Source: Eremomyces bilateralis CBS 781.70 (taxonomy: Eukaryota). Taken from it: a DNA stretch of 64,000 nucleotides. Below the pieces are notes generated by a model, which ran no database searches, was not told where the DNA came from, and was given only the letters and a program-made list of their open reading frames with translations. The position numbers and the translations under genes were made by a program. Location of the stretch: assembly GCA_010015585.1 (NCBI GenBank), contig ML975154.1. One strand, written 5' to 3'. Positions 38,647 to 51,925 of this stretch are shown piece by piece (position 1 is the first letter of the stretch; every line of letters begins with the position of its first letter).

Positions 38647-40587
38647 ATGGTCACAATGGCTGCGAATGGGTAAGTCTATCTATCCGCTTTGCTTGCAGCC
38701 AAATTCGCCTGTGCCGAGCTGAACATGACGGCGCACAATTGAAATTGCATGGATGGTCCCGTTATGAATCGCCCTCAGATGGTGCCTCTCCATCTGTGTA
38801 CCGGACGATTTGAGTCCAAGATTGCAATTGTGGGTGAAACTGGTCATTGCTGACTTGTCGACCCAATTTCCAGGCAGGCTATCGCGGTTCCGGAGAATTA
38901 CCAAGAAAATGGACGGTTGGTAAGTAACCCTGGACACCGGCAATTTTTAAGCCGCAATCTTCGGAAGAACCTTTGGCTGACCGCATCCGATGGCAACAGT
39001 ACCATGGATTTAGACGAGGGATCTACCTGTACCCATGTGATGAGGTACGGTTGAAATACCTTTGCGAGCTGCCGATTACCCCGACCTGCATTCTACGCTC
39101 TCGATAGCAGCAGCAAAGAGCCCATCGCTGACATGGACCCCTGCACAGCACGAAAAGGACCGCATGGACATTTGCCACAAGCTGTTCAGCATCGCCCGAC
39201 GAGGCCAATTGCACAATGCGCCGGTCAGCGCAACCTCCAACCCGTACAGTCCAACGCGTATCATGGATTTAGGTTGCGGAACGGGTATCTGGGCTATCGA
39301 TATGGCAGAGTGAGTGGATTCTATTCTTTAAAAGCATCTCCAAATCGTCATAAAACGATCGTCCCCAAATGGTCCCCAAATTGCCACCAGACGGGACCAT
39401 CCGGGTGTCGGAAGGTGCGGCCCTCGCGGCCGGCCCCACGGGAAGGTGCCAGCGGGGTTGTTGCCCTGCCACGCTTTCGGCACCTTTTGCACTTGTGGCA
39501 CCTGTGGAACGCCGAAATCCACCGCTCCCCCAATTCAATTCGAGCAATCTGCTAACGCTTTGGGCTTTTAGCAAGTTCCCCCACGCCGAGGTATGTTCCA
39601 ATCGTTGGAATTCAATCTGGGACGAGGCTCCGGGTATTCGGATTGTTTGCTAACCAGTTGTGTCACTGAAGGTTGTCGGTTTGGACCTGGTCAACATTCA
39701 ACCTGAAAAGTGAGTGCTTGGAACGATGGGTGATGCAGGACAGACCCGGACGCATCATTTCCGTGCCACATGCGTATCTGCGGTAGTAGTACAAGACACT
39801 AATTGGTACGCTAGGATCCCGCCGAATCTGCGATTCCGAATTCCTCGAGACTACGAAGCACCATGGACCTATGGAGAGGAATCCTGGGATTTGATCCATA
39901 TTCAAATGGGCTGTGGCAGTGTTTCCAGCTGGCCAGAGCTGTATCAAAAAATCTTCGCGTAAGTGGACGGTCGCCATCTTGTCATTTTCGAGAGTTTCGA
40001 GAGTTTCGAGCTAAATTCCGCCCTTATCAGACACCTCAAACCAGGGTCTGGTTGGATTGAGCAGGTCGAAATAGACTTCCAGCCCCGATGCGATGATGGA
40101 ACGTTACGACCAGAGTCCCACGTCGTTCAGTGGTATCAATATCTCGCCGAAGCCACCGGTCGTGTGTCTAAGTCGATCACATATGAATCGAATACGGGGC
40201 ATATTCTGCGGTCAGCGGGATTCATCGACATCCAAGAGACTGTCATTCGGGCGCCGTATAACGGTTGGCCAGCGGATCCCCATCAAAAACACATTGGGCG
40301 TTGGTACAACTTAAGCATCACCGAAGGGCTCGAGGCTCTCAGTCTTGCTGCGCTGACCAGGATCAATCGATGGGATGCAGACCAACACGTCCGGCCGTTG
40401 CTGTCGGCTGTACGTGCGGAGATAAACTCACGGAAAATCCATGCGTATAACAACATGTGAGTAAATTTTCTTCGCATACTGTGCCAGACTCCTGTCCAGG
40501 AGCAATAATTGGTTTCAATTAAAATCAAAGAAGGTCGAACTAACTTTACCTAGCCATATCTGGACTGCACGACGGCCCCTACAGTGA
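38647..40587 (+). CDS. laeA: LaeA SAM-dependent methyltransferase, velvet-complex regulator of secondary metabolism
   Basis: 9 exons splice to [68 protein letters not shown]..|[18 protein letters not shown]|..[20 protein letters not shown]..|[25 protein letters not shown]..|[10 protein letters not shown]. Confidence 0.88.
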
Positions 40588-43500
40588 ACTCAGGCATCAT
40601 TCATTCATTTGCTGATGTCCGGAACACATGAGAAGCCGATCCCGCATTAATTGTCGAAGCACAAATTTCCACCATACATTTACCACTTAGACTGGATCAG
40701 CGCCCGGCCTTTCAGGAATCCTGGCACCAGAAGTGGTATTCTACCTTCCTACCAGCAATCGCACAATCCCAGATGATATATCGGAAGGGGTCGATCAGCC
40801 TCCGGGTACAGACACCACACAGAGAATCTCCTTTGCAACTGAAAGTATCTGCTCTGGCAATACGATATTCGGATACAAGGCGGAGCAAGCCGAATCGATG
40901 CACGCGTCGCACTTGTTGAGCCCTCGGTGGCTACAGAGACCGCAGTCCTGTTGCATGTGCTTGGAGTACCAAACTCCACCTTCTGCCCTCGCAGTTGTTT
41001 TACGCCGGGGGTTCCAACAAGGACGGGGGGCTCGCCACGTCTTTCCCCTTCGCAATCCAATTCCTAGGCTATCCACCCCCATTTTCCGATTCAGGTGATG
41101 CAAACGTTCCCATAGCTTTGCCAGAGAGTATGGTATGCATCTGGGACCATGTCTTGTCTCCATTACTTTCATGGGAGAAAAGGCATTTGTTTCTTTATCT
41201 TCGGAGGCGAATAACTTCTTTCTCAGTAACTATACCCATCCATCCGGTGAGGGACTCTCTTGTTTAGCCTCATCGCAGTAGGAGGCTCTTTGGACGATTT
41301 TTATGTCTCCTAAATTATTTCCTTTTAACTTTGATTGTATGCTCAATCCGGTTTGTCAGTGCGTGCCATGAATATTTCAGAGCATGTAGTGATTTCTCCT
41401 ATTTGGGTCGTTGATCTATCTCCTTTGCATTTTAAAACGGATGGCACGGGCGTCGTTGGCATTCGGAAGGACGGGAAAATCCTTCGGATCCGCCATTCCT
41501 GGTTTAGCATTCATTTCGAAAAATCTTATTTCGGCGGTATTCAGGGTTGGAATCGCTTGGAGCCAGAGTCTGGTTGACTGGCCAAATTTGCCCTATATCG
41601 AATGCGTCAAGACGTGAATGGGAATGGTTTCCTTCCATAGTTCTCGAGCGTCGTCTTGGATCTCATACCCCAAATGCATGTGCTACAGTCACGAAAGAAT
41701 AGGCGCCAAGGCCTCCCTTCCCTGCGATTCGGCGTCTGCAGTTGCCGGCCATGGGCGATTCCTGCACGGTCACACCGCTACAAGTGGTCTTGGGAACGCC
41801 AGCCTACCGTAACGCGGCGCCCTGCACAAAACCGGAAAGACGACGATGGAACAGAACAGAACGAAATCGCGGTTCCTACGACCCAGGGCTCTGGAAATCG
41901 AGGGAGTGGGGAGACTGGTCATTCCAGCTATTAACTATCCTATCAACCTGATAGGCGACCAGAGCTGAGTGTGTACTGAACGTACGGCGCATCGCATGGA
42001 TCTTGACGGGAAGCAGTGAGGGATTGGTTACCAGGGCCTCGCGGGGTTGAGGATGGGCTGATATAACAGTCCTGGGTGGGAAGGAGGAGATCCTTCAAGG
42101 GCGCCATGGTGTAATTGAATTCTAGGGCTGCTCACGGATATCGTGGCTTCCTCCCAAAATGATAAGGCTGGTCATCAGTGGACTTTGTCAAATCGCCACT
42201 ATGTTGTGCAGACAAGAAGAAGCAAGGCGCCCCAGCATGACGTTCAGCTCAGATAGCTCCTATCCTCTTGAGCATCGACTCTACCCTGCCATTGTTCCGA
42301 GTAAATCTTCACTTGCATACGAAAGGTGGGCTGATGATGGATGTCTGGCTTCAAGCCCTAGTGGCTCAATACGGCGAGTGAATATTGACCACTCAAAAGA
42401 TCCATCCTCCAATTTAAACTTTCAAAGGATTCATCCTCCTCCTCATCCTCCTCACCTATCCCCGGCACCTGCCTCTACAATTTTCTAATCCTCACCTCAC
42501 ACTGCAGACCAAGAGCGAGGGGGTCGGCTAGGCCAAGCGATCGTCTGTCCGCTCGGACGGATGTCGTAAACCAGTAAAACCTCCCGGATGCAGGACATCT
42601 CTAATCGAGGTGGTTTAGGATGGATTAGCCAGATACTGCTTTTCGGGAGCGGCACAGCTGCACCAGCACTGCGGGCGTTTGCTCGTTCGGGACGTCACAA
42701 CCAGACTGCGAAGTCCGACTCAAGGATGATGCTTGATGGATGGCTACAAGGAACACGTCGATCCTGGTTCATTCCATTGCCGATCTTTTGTTTGGTAAGT
42801 TAAACTCAGTACAGACCTCACAAAGTCACAATTGCTACAAGAACGCGGGGAAACTCGTACTATCGATAGACAAGGTTCGAGACGCAAGACAAAGAGTGAC
42901 AGATGCATGTGAAAAAACATTGCCCTTTAGATGAGCGACTTGGATACAATACATACAGAGGATACTACCAGTCCTCGGCACCCTTATTGCGTAATCCTGT
43001 CCGCCCACCAGGCCTGGAGTCTCCAGCAGGTCTAGCCGAACAGCTTGGCGATATTCCCCAACTTCCTCCCCTTGTTTTAGAATGATGTCTGCTAATGCCT
43101 TGCTTCTTTCTATCTCCACGGGAAACCGGGTGTTCCTCCACTCGTCTAGTACAAACACTCCCCAAAGGCAGGGAGAAAGAAGGGAAGCTTCGGGTGTACC
43201 ATCCTATATTTATCTTGCCCAATCATGAGGTTTCCCTGGCTTCGAAAAATCCCTTGTTTCCTGCCATGGTGCTTCCGAGCTTTCTGTATGGACAGTCGGT
43301 GTTGACACTAAGCTCTTCGACGGGAAAGATGCATATGTGAGATCCTTCTTGTGGTAAACCTGCTTTCAGGATGTGCTCGATCCAGGTGAATGCCATGCGT
43401 TGACCCTAGTAGGATGGCAGTCGCTAGGTTCTAGGATTCAACGAAGTCGTCTCATCGCGTCGGCACGCGGTTGAAGGTGCTGAAATGGCAGCGCGCGGGA

Positions 43501-45322
43501 ATTTCGGTTCCGGTTTTGCGGATTAAACGCATATTCCCAGGTCGTGCTGCGATTGTATCCATACTTCCTCCACAGAAGCCTCCAGATGAGCTGGAGGGTG
43601 ATGAAGAGAAGCAGAGGAAAGGTGGCCCATATGTCAGTGTTGAGTTCTGATGTGAGGGACATGGCCACGACCTCGACCTGAGCTACTCACGCTCCAGTGA
43701 ATTGCAGTTGGGTGGAAATAGAATTCTGTAGAAGAAGGCTTGAGCAGGAATCAGAGACTACCACCTTAGCTAATAATAAGTTAGTAAAATCGCACTGGTC
43801 AACAAGGTGTACAATCCTGCTCTACTGTAAGGTGTCTCATACTATGCCGGTGTTGTACCTTCTCCTTCCTGCCTACCTCGAAGCCTTGAACTTTCCTATC
43901 TCGTTACGCAGGCGAAGTTCAAATGTACCTCAAGCTGTATCGTATTTGGTAGAATCTTACAATCAATGGTTGATTCTCGCACGAGCACACTCTCCTGTTC
44001 GCCGAAGTGTTGTATCCCGCAGGGCTCACACAGAATTCAGTGGATGAACGCAGGAAGTGACTGGTAGCAAGGGTGCAGGAGCTTTCGCTTCATATTGTAG
44101 ATGTCGTACAGCGGATACCCGCATATGGCCCAACGCACGAGATTGAAGTTTGATGGTGTCTGTGTTACAAACATTTGTAAACGACCTTGCTTCCAAGTTA
44201 GAGACCATAGAATATTGGCACACACGAATGGCGTGTACGTCCACACGAACGACTCCGGAGCCAAGGTTGTGGAAGAGTCATCTTGGGCTAGTGGAAGAGC
44301 TACCAAATCTGTTCACGGTAATACGCAGGCTTTCGACTGAGAGAATGAACTCCTTGAGTTTCCCTTTGGTCACACCACGGACAGAAGTTTCCAAGTGCAG
44401 GTGGCTAGTCTGTCTCCTGGTTTTTGCTGAGTACGATGGATTTAAATGTAATTAGGTAAATATCAAACTCCAAGGAAACGTATTGATTTCCAGTCTATTT
44501 AAGAGAAAGTCCATCCGGAATGGACGGGATTGGTGACCTTGCAGTGCACCCCCAAGGTGTCGGAACCTCTCGAACGTTGCGTACTTTGCCTTACTACCTT
44601 TCTAAAGTTGTCGAATTCCTCTTTTATATGTTCTTTAGTTTAGTCATTACGTCGGTAGGCTTCCCCTTTCGGTAGGCTGGAGGAGCACGTCAAAGGTGAA
44701 GGACCTTCGATTGCTTCCACCCTGGATGGTCAATATCAGCCTCAACTCTGGTCCGACATATGGGTATCTACTTGATTTGTTCCTCTTCAGTTGCGTTAGG
44801 CTCGTTTATTAGTCGTTTGTTTAACTAGTCCGGATGCATTCCTACTCAAAGTTGATATTCTGAAAGATGCTTCCGAGTACAATGTGGTATAATCTTCGAT
44901 ACCGAACTGCGAAGTCCCTACACCAATACGATAGGAGATATTACATATAAAACTACAAAATTTCACAGGAATTGTCTTGGTCCTTGTGCTTGGCGGGCCT
45001 CAAAGATTTCTATTCCATGGGGATGTTGATCATGGGAATATTTAGCTCATCTAACCGTTCTTTGGCAGGGACCACTGAAGGGACTGATAGGAAGGAGACA
45101 GTTCTGGTACGGTTCCAATCCATTACCTGGAACAAAACCAATTCTATTTATCCAGCTACCATAAAAAATCATCCTGAAGAGAGTAATGAGAAAAGGCCTT
45201 CCCGACCAATTACCTTTTTCATCCTCAAATACTCTTTGGTACTAGATTTCTGCAATTTAGCTCTTTGGCTTCCTATACCCTAGTAGTCAATTATGGACCT
45301 GTCTCGCTATTTATAGAAGAGC

Positions 45323-46279
45323 ATGACTATGGGCAACACGGAGTCCAATGAAACTCCTGAAGCTCCTGAAACGCCCTTATTGCTCCAACTTCCTGTCGAA
45401 CTTGTCATGATGATTGTAGAAAATCTTAAGCTTCACGACCACCTTTTTCTGAGCCAAACTTGTTGGGACCTGCGGGCACTTCTAACCTCCTCGTGCACAA
45501 CGGGGGTTGCTTCATTATGCCGGTCAGGTCGTGAGCGGGAGGCATTCGTCACAGGGCTCATTGGCTAGCAACCTGGCAAGTTGCTGTGCAAGGGTTGTAG
45601 ACAAGAGAGGGAAGTGGATATATCAGACCTCCCAAGACCTCTGCCTAGGACGTAGCTTTTACGACTTTCCGCTCCACCGGGATTGCCGGTTATACAGCAG
45701 GCTCCACAGTTGAGGGGCGGACTATACCGTCTACCACCATCATGTCTAGGTGGCGCTTAAGTATGCGCTACGAAGCCTTGAAGCTACTACCAGCAGTACC
45801 TAGAGGCTATGCTAGCATCTCACCATCGAAATTTCGTCCACAACTACCGACGTACTTCCACGGAGTTCACTGCGGACCCGAGAGTGATCAAGGGTAGATT
45901 CATCCTCTGTTGCAAATGGACTATACAGGAGGAAGCCCACACTCCAGATCTTACGCTGTCGAGATTTCCGCATGTTCGGATCTGTCCGCACCTATCGGCC
46001 TTCTCGAGGCCTCAATCCCATCAAGTTGAACGGTCATTAAACCGAAGCCCAAGGATCCGAGCTCGAAAATCCCACTCCTGCGACGGCTGTTGGACGGATT
46101 ATGCCGTGGATGCGTCTCCGAAGGTGACGACCTTTGAACCGTGGCAGGACTTTGGCACCGCTACCTGCATCCGCCCCCTCCAGGATTCTACAGCCCGGCA
46201 TGGTGATGCAGAGGTCATTCCTTGCCAGTCCCCTCTTTTCCTCCGGGTACCATCTGGCACAGGTACATATTTGGGATGA
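45323..46279 (+). pseudogene. Degraded F-box protein gene
   Basis: F-box LLLQLPVELVMMIVENL..FLSQTCWDLRALL, then TAG 45566-68, further stops/frameshift, HHHV*VALKY (TAG 45747-49), downstream PRVIKGRFIL..RICPHL..SCDGCWTDY..WQDFG. Confidence 0.72.
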
Positions 46280-47461
46280 ACCCGAAAACAAAAGAGGACT
46301 GGAGACTGCTGAAAACACTATTTTCAAGTATAGGGCGAGAGTAAAAGGAGTTCGAATTTGTATAGGGGATTTCCTAGGTCCAGATTCTCGAAAATTATCT
46401 GCTCTAGAATCCATCGAGATGTATGTAGTGTTTCCTGTGTTGGGGGTTGCTGAGGACAAGCGCTGTTATCATAAAGCAGCGAAAGGGATATGAAACTGAG
46501 GACGTACATCGACCAAAATGAACCTGGGACCTTCGACAAATACAAATGAAATGGCATGTATTCCTTCAAGGACTTCCACCAAGGTCTGAACTGATTGTTT
46601 GAATGTAATCCTCACAAATGACATTGAGTAATCGGACATAAGTGGATCAATCTTCTGAGACAGGCGAGCATGTACTTATACGACCATCGTCCCAGAAACC
46701 ATGCAAAGGACCATGAGATTTTCTTGGGCGATACGTATAAACCGAGACAGTCGCCTTGTCAATTCAATTCTATCCAATCATACACACGTTGTATGTTTCT
46801 AGGGATATCGCACGAAAACCCACAAATACGGGAGGAGTATCAGTACTGTCCGGGAGCCCGGTCCTCCAGCAATGCATGAGCTACGCGAGGGTACGCAGCA
46901 GCAGATGATCCGCGGCGCCGAAAGTGAGATGGGACCTGAAACCTGAGACACAAACGGATCGCGCATCCCACGCGTCTGGTTGGATGTTGCGATGTTGGAG
47001 ATCTCCTTCAATGAGCATATACTTATGCACTCCGCACGCCACCCCCAAGCTTGCTCTTCCAGGTTGCACGTACCGATGGAAAAAGCACGTCTCCAAGAAC
47101 TTTTGCGAAGGCTGCACCACGTCGTCCACTGGTTGCGCCCGGCCTGCGATACATCTAAAGATAGGATAAATTGCAAGGACTTTGTGACGCCGAGGGGATC
47201 CCCAGTGATCTGATTTATCTCCTGGATGTTGACCCTACAACAGGCATTAAGCTTACGATGCTGAGACTATAAGGTAGCTTGTAGCTATGCACACTCGGGT
47301 AGTGAGGAAGAGACGCTGCGACAGGAAAATAAGAACGCAAGTAGAAAGGAGCAAGCACCTGTACGAACCATCCAGATACCTGTAGGCTTTCCTTGAAACA
47401 CCGTTTGGCTGAAATGGCAAAAGTCCCCCCAAGCGCTGCAGATATGCTCTGTACCATGAAT

Positions 47462-48757
47462 CTACCACTCTAAAATCTTGCTCTCACCATTGTTCACATC
47501 TTGATAACTGGTATATAATGGATCGTTCCCCGCATTATCGCCGTTGTCCGCGTTGTGTTTCGCTTCGGTTTTGAGCGCTTCCTCAAGGCTAACGATCTTC
47601 CTCCGGAGTAGCCATGCCACCACTCCGCCTCCTATCTTGACCTCGTCGTGCGTTGGCATCCAATAATCGGCCTTTAGAATCCGTTGCGTTGCAAGCGCGT
47701 TATGTCCGCCTAGATTGAGTTGATTTGTCGGCCGGAGAAAAATATCGTGGAGGCCGTGAAGGAGACACAATGCTTTGAGAGGCGGCGACGCGGAGGATAG
47801 AATCTCAACGGCACTGCTATGAATCCCATGTGGCGTGTATAGGACAAACGGCGTGACAGCTTCATCATCTGCTTTAGACGACACCGAGGAAGGCGTGTGT
47901 AATCCTATTGAGGTAGTTCTCGTTTTGGTCGAAGTTGTATCGGGATGTGTTGGAGGTATGGAGAAAGCAAATAAGAGGGCCGAGTGGTAGTAGAGTGCAT
48001 CGTCTTCCTTTTCCACGCGACATATCGCAAGCCATTCGGGGAGAGGCGGCAGGCTTCCGACCTGGTAGTCCGCGGCAGGGCCCCGTAAACGCGGGATCTC
48101 CGCTACAAAGTGGAAATGGTCCCAGGATTTGATGAGATGGAAGGCATTCTATACATCGCTGTGAGCCTGAAGTTCAAAGTCGGAGGCCCAACTCACCGTC
48201 GCCGCGAAAACTGGCACCTCTCGATCGAGCTGCAAAAGGGTCTCTTTGTGGCAGTGGTCTGTAAACTCATGCGATATGGCCACCACATCAATGACGGACC
48301 CTCCATTCCATATATCATCGTCCTCCACTTCGGCCATGGACGAGAGTGTCCTTCGACCTCGAGACAACTTCCTCCGCTTCCCTCCCAATGATGGACCCTC
48401 CAAGGCTTCCTTCATATCTCTTGCCTTTCGCGCGAATGTCTCCACTCTCATCACCAGCTCTTCCACTTCTAGTATGCTCTTGACCTTGCTTGGTGTCGCG
48501 TGCCATTGCCGGCTAAACCACGACGCGACGTCGCTCTGTGGCCCGTCCAACCAAGGGTCAACCAGGATGTTATAGTAGACGCGGCCACCGTGTCGTCGTG
48601 CCGAAGCCGGTCGCGGTATTTGAAGCAGCCATGATGAGTCTGCGTTCAGGTGGTGAAGGAGGGGCTGCGGCTGCTGAAGGCTTTCGATGATAGCGAAGGA
48701 GAGGTCGTCGTTGAGTTGAACAGAAGGAGAGTCGGGGATGGTGTCGTGGTCAACCAT
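47462..48757 (-). CDS. Conserved fungal protein with metallo-beta-lactamase-like motifs
   Basis: HLNADSSWL, ILVDPWL, ISHEFTDHCH, YTPHG, LLHGLH, THDE; one intron starting ~48195. Confidence 0.78.
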
Positions 48758-49520
48758 CGTCAAGTGTAAGACGTTGGGAAGCAACGGAAGCTCTGGAATC
48801 ACAGTATCATTGCGTTAGGGGTTGGAGTTTGAAGTATTATTTTGTAAATGGTTTACAGTTGACATCATTGGAGTTCAGGGTGACCGGCATCTTGATGGTC
48901 GTGCTTTCCGAACCGTTTGGACTTTTGATTTTGGCTGGCGATTTGGGAACAGCAATTCCGTCGAGTGCATGATACTTTAATATTTATCAAGGACCCTAAA
49001 AATCAGAATAGGTACATGCTCAAGTTATGGACTTGCACCGATGGATTTTGATATTGGTACTGTATTATCTGGAAGGGCGTTGGATAACTGAAGGGCTAGA
49101 AAATAGATGGATTGCGACGACTGGCCCCTGAGCTTGAAATCAGACAACACCTCTACCGAGAACGTTGTAATATATGATATAGCCTCCAAGACTCTTTGAA
49201 TTGTGAGGTGGACATCTATGAGGACACTCACTATCGTGTCGTAGCTATTTGATGGCTCCTCTTCAAAGCATTGTACCCCGTAACGTAGTCCTGGTAAGGA
49301 GTGCCTAGGTATTATACAAAGCGTGATACGTGATGGCGTAATGATCGTGGAGCTGTGCCTTTCTCAAGCTTTCTTTGTTCTTCTCGCAGACAGCTCAACC
49401 CATGATCAAATCCCATACACGGGATACCCAATGTCGTTATATAAAACCACGGGCTGATCGACCCTTCCTTGAATTTCCAAGGCGCAACGAGCCTTGGCTT
49501 CCCCGGTGCATCCCATTGTT

Positions 49521-51466
49521 TCAGGCTGTCTCTGGGCGAAGAACCCATCTCTTTTCGGTGGCCTTTGGCCCAATCCGTTCCGCGACGAGGTTGAGTGTGT
49601 TGATGATCGCATCCTTGGGTATCTTCGGGAACCTGGGCGGCGTAAGCTCACTTTATTCAGAGCTGCTGTCTTTGAACGTACCTCTTCTTCAAGTCCTCAA
49701 CAATAGCTATTTTGGTGAGGTCGCTTCCTTCAATGGCCTGTTTGAACTCAGGAAGTTGCTCTGACCCAACTAATCGTTTCTGGCCTGGCGCAGCGGACAA
49801 TGCTTTGGCGCCTATAGATTTTGTAGGTATTGGGCCGGTGTTCGATCCATTAAGGAAGGAATTTGGGCGGACTGTAAGAGGCAATCGAGGTGGATCCATT
49901 GACGATTTACCCGATGAAAGTTTAGCGAATAGAGAAGAGCCTGAGGCCGTCGGCTTGGGCGACACCTTCTCCCAGTAAGAGACTGAGTATGGGTCGATAG
50001 ATGCCGGTGGAGGGACTGTTACTCATTAGTGAAAGTATCTCTCGGCCCTGGTAGGGAACGTACCCATCAATACACCCATTTTGTATCCTGGGAACAAGGC
50101 GATCTCGTTGGTATCTGCGTTTCTGGAGGAGGCCTTCTGATCCTGCCAACATATGCCAGTTGAGACGGGAACAAGTTCTGTGCCCCCAAGCATAGCTCTA
50201 GGCTTCACGGGCTCAACTGCCCCATCATCGTCCAAGAACCCATCCATATCTTCTTCACCCTCTACCGATTCTTCGTCGTCATCGTTCGACGCAAGGTCTT
50301 CCCCGTCATCCGCCTCTTCCCATTCTGCTTCCGAGTCGTAGTCGTAGTTGATGTCCGGTATGCTCCTGGATGTTGGATTTCGGCAGAGTTTTAGAGCAAG
50401 CGACCGGTCCTGCACACGTGTGAAGGTCCCGTAGTATGGTGGTCTGACATCCTCCCCAAAGTGAATGTACTTCATGGGAATGGATTGGAGGGTCTCCAGA
50501 GGCGATCGTGAGGCTTGCAACGAGCACTCGCTTGTCAGATCAACCGGTTTCATAGCGGAACCATTAATTTCAGCCATGATATCCCGAACCGAAGGACTCA
50601 GGTTCTGAGACGGTGGCCGACGGACAATGTTGAAATCCGAGCAGATCCTTAACCACGTAGAAGTTTCTGTAGGCCGCCTGCTGTACTCATCCATCCGGGC
50701 CCTAATTTCGGGTAGCTTGTCTGGCGGCGGAAGTTGAGGGTTATATGGAGCTAATATTGTATTTGAAGGTGGGAAGTACGACAGAAAGAACGCCTCATAA
50801 TCCGTAAGAGGCTTTCTTGACGATTTGGGTGATCTTCCGGCACCGGATCCTTTAAGAGAGTCTATCGGGTCGATAGACAATGACCTTCTCGTGGCAGCTT
50901 CTTTCGTGATGTAACGGTGTTTCTCAGGACTCTCGTGGAATGGTTTCGTAGCCTTCGGCCCGATGAAGAAAGCATTGAGGCGCAATTGAGACTGGAACTG
51001 TCAGCAACGGAGTATCTGACATTCAATATTAACTCACCCTCTCCTTTTTCTGCTTCTCCTGCTCGGCTTGTAGTTTCTTAAGGTCCTTCTCGCGCCGTTT
51101 CTCCTCCAATTCTTCATGTTTCTTCCGCTTCTCTTCGTCCCTCACGCGTTTCTCCTCGGCTTTCGCCCTCTTCTGCTCTTCCTTCTCCCGAGCTCTCCAT
51201 TCCTTTTCAAGCCTCTGGGCCTCCTTCTCTTGGGGCGTCATTTTCCGTCGTTTTGCGGGCGGCTGACCAGATTTGGCGCCAGCACTCAGCTCAATGGTTG
51301 GTACTGGGGTCTCTGAAAGAGAGGTCAGAGTGCTAGGGGCCGGTGAGCCACGACTGTCTTCTCCTGACACCTCAGGCGAAACTTGTAGGGCGGCGTTCGT
51401 AGGGACGGTAGAGGGATCCGCGTCGAAGGCTCGCTTCTTCGAGGGAGTCAATGCCTCGACCGTCAT
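49521..51466 (-). CDS. RLF2: Chromatin assembly factor 1 subunit A (Cac1/Rlf2/p150)
   Basis: KER coil, PIP box QLRLNAFF, MKYIHFGEDVRPPYYGT, NYDYDSEAEWEE, EDMDGFL, C-terminal winged helix FKQAIEGSDLTK..KRWVL; 3 introns. Confidence 0.93.
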
Positions 51467-51639
51467 CTTGGAGGCAATTCGTGAAAGATAAATTCCTGTT
51501 ACCTCACGTTGAACAGGACGGACGACATTCGTATGGGGTATTCGATCAGTTGGCGGAGTTCTGGATGGGAAGTGGCATAGAGGTGTTGAGGGAGTGTTCG
51601 GGTGGAGGTGGAAACGGGAAAGTGTCACCGTAGCGGTCG

Positions 51640-51662
51640 ACGCGTGAGTGGAAGTCACGCGT
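51640..51662. promoter_or_regulatory. Two MCB (ACGCGT) boxes in the CAF-1A/SPO11 divergent promoter
   Basis: ACGCGT at 51640-51645 and 51657-51662. Confidence 0.6.
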
Positions 51663-51925
51663 CTTGGGCTAATCCTGTTTGAGCTAGCGTGTTCTGAAAC
51701 ACTCAAAGTTGGTCTCAGGTCAACACTCAAATGAATTTCTCAATGTCTTAATGTTATGGAGACGGGGAACATTTCACTTTCACTTAATTAATAGCCAGAG
51801 ATGACATCCTGATTGTGTTTCGTAGATTGCACGAAGACAATCAAACAATACATGGACACTACGGGCGCTGTGCCAGCCATTTTCCTCCAAATTTCTGTCA
51901 TGTCTCTAACACTGAAGGAGGCATA

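Noticed and set aside
39963..40030. laeA intron with (TTTCGAGAG) repeat reads in frame with the next exon
   Set aside because: Retention creates an immediate GCG TAA stop at the donor, so no extended isoform.
43438..43668. 76-aa ORF with a TM-like segment
   Set aside because: Too short, no recognisable family or supporting gene structure.
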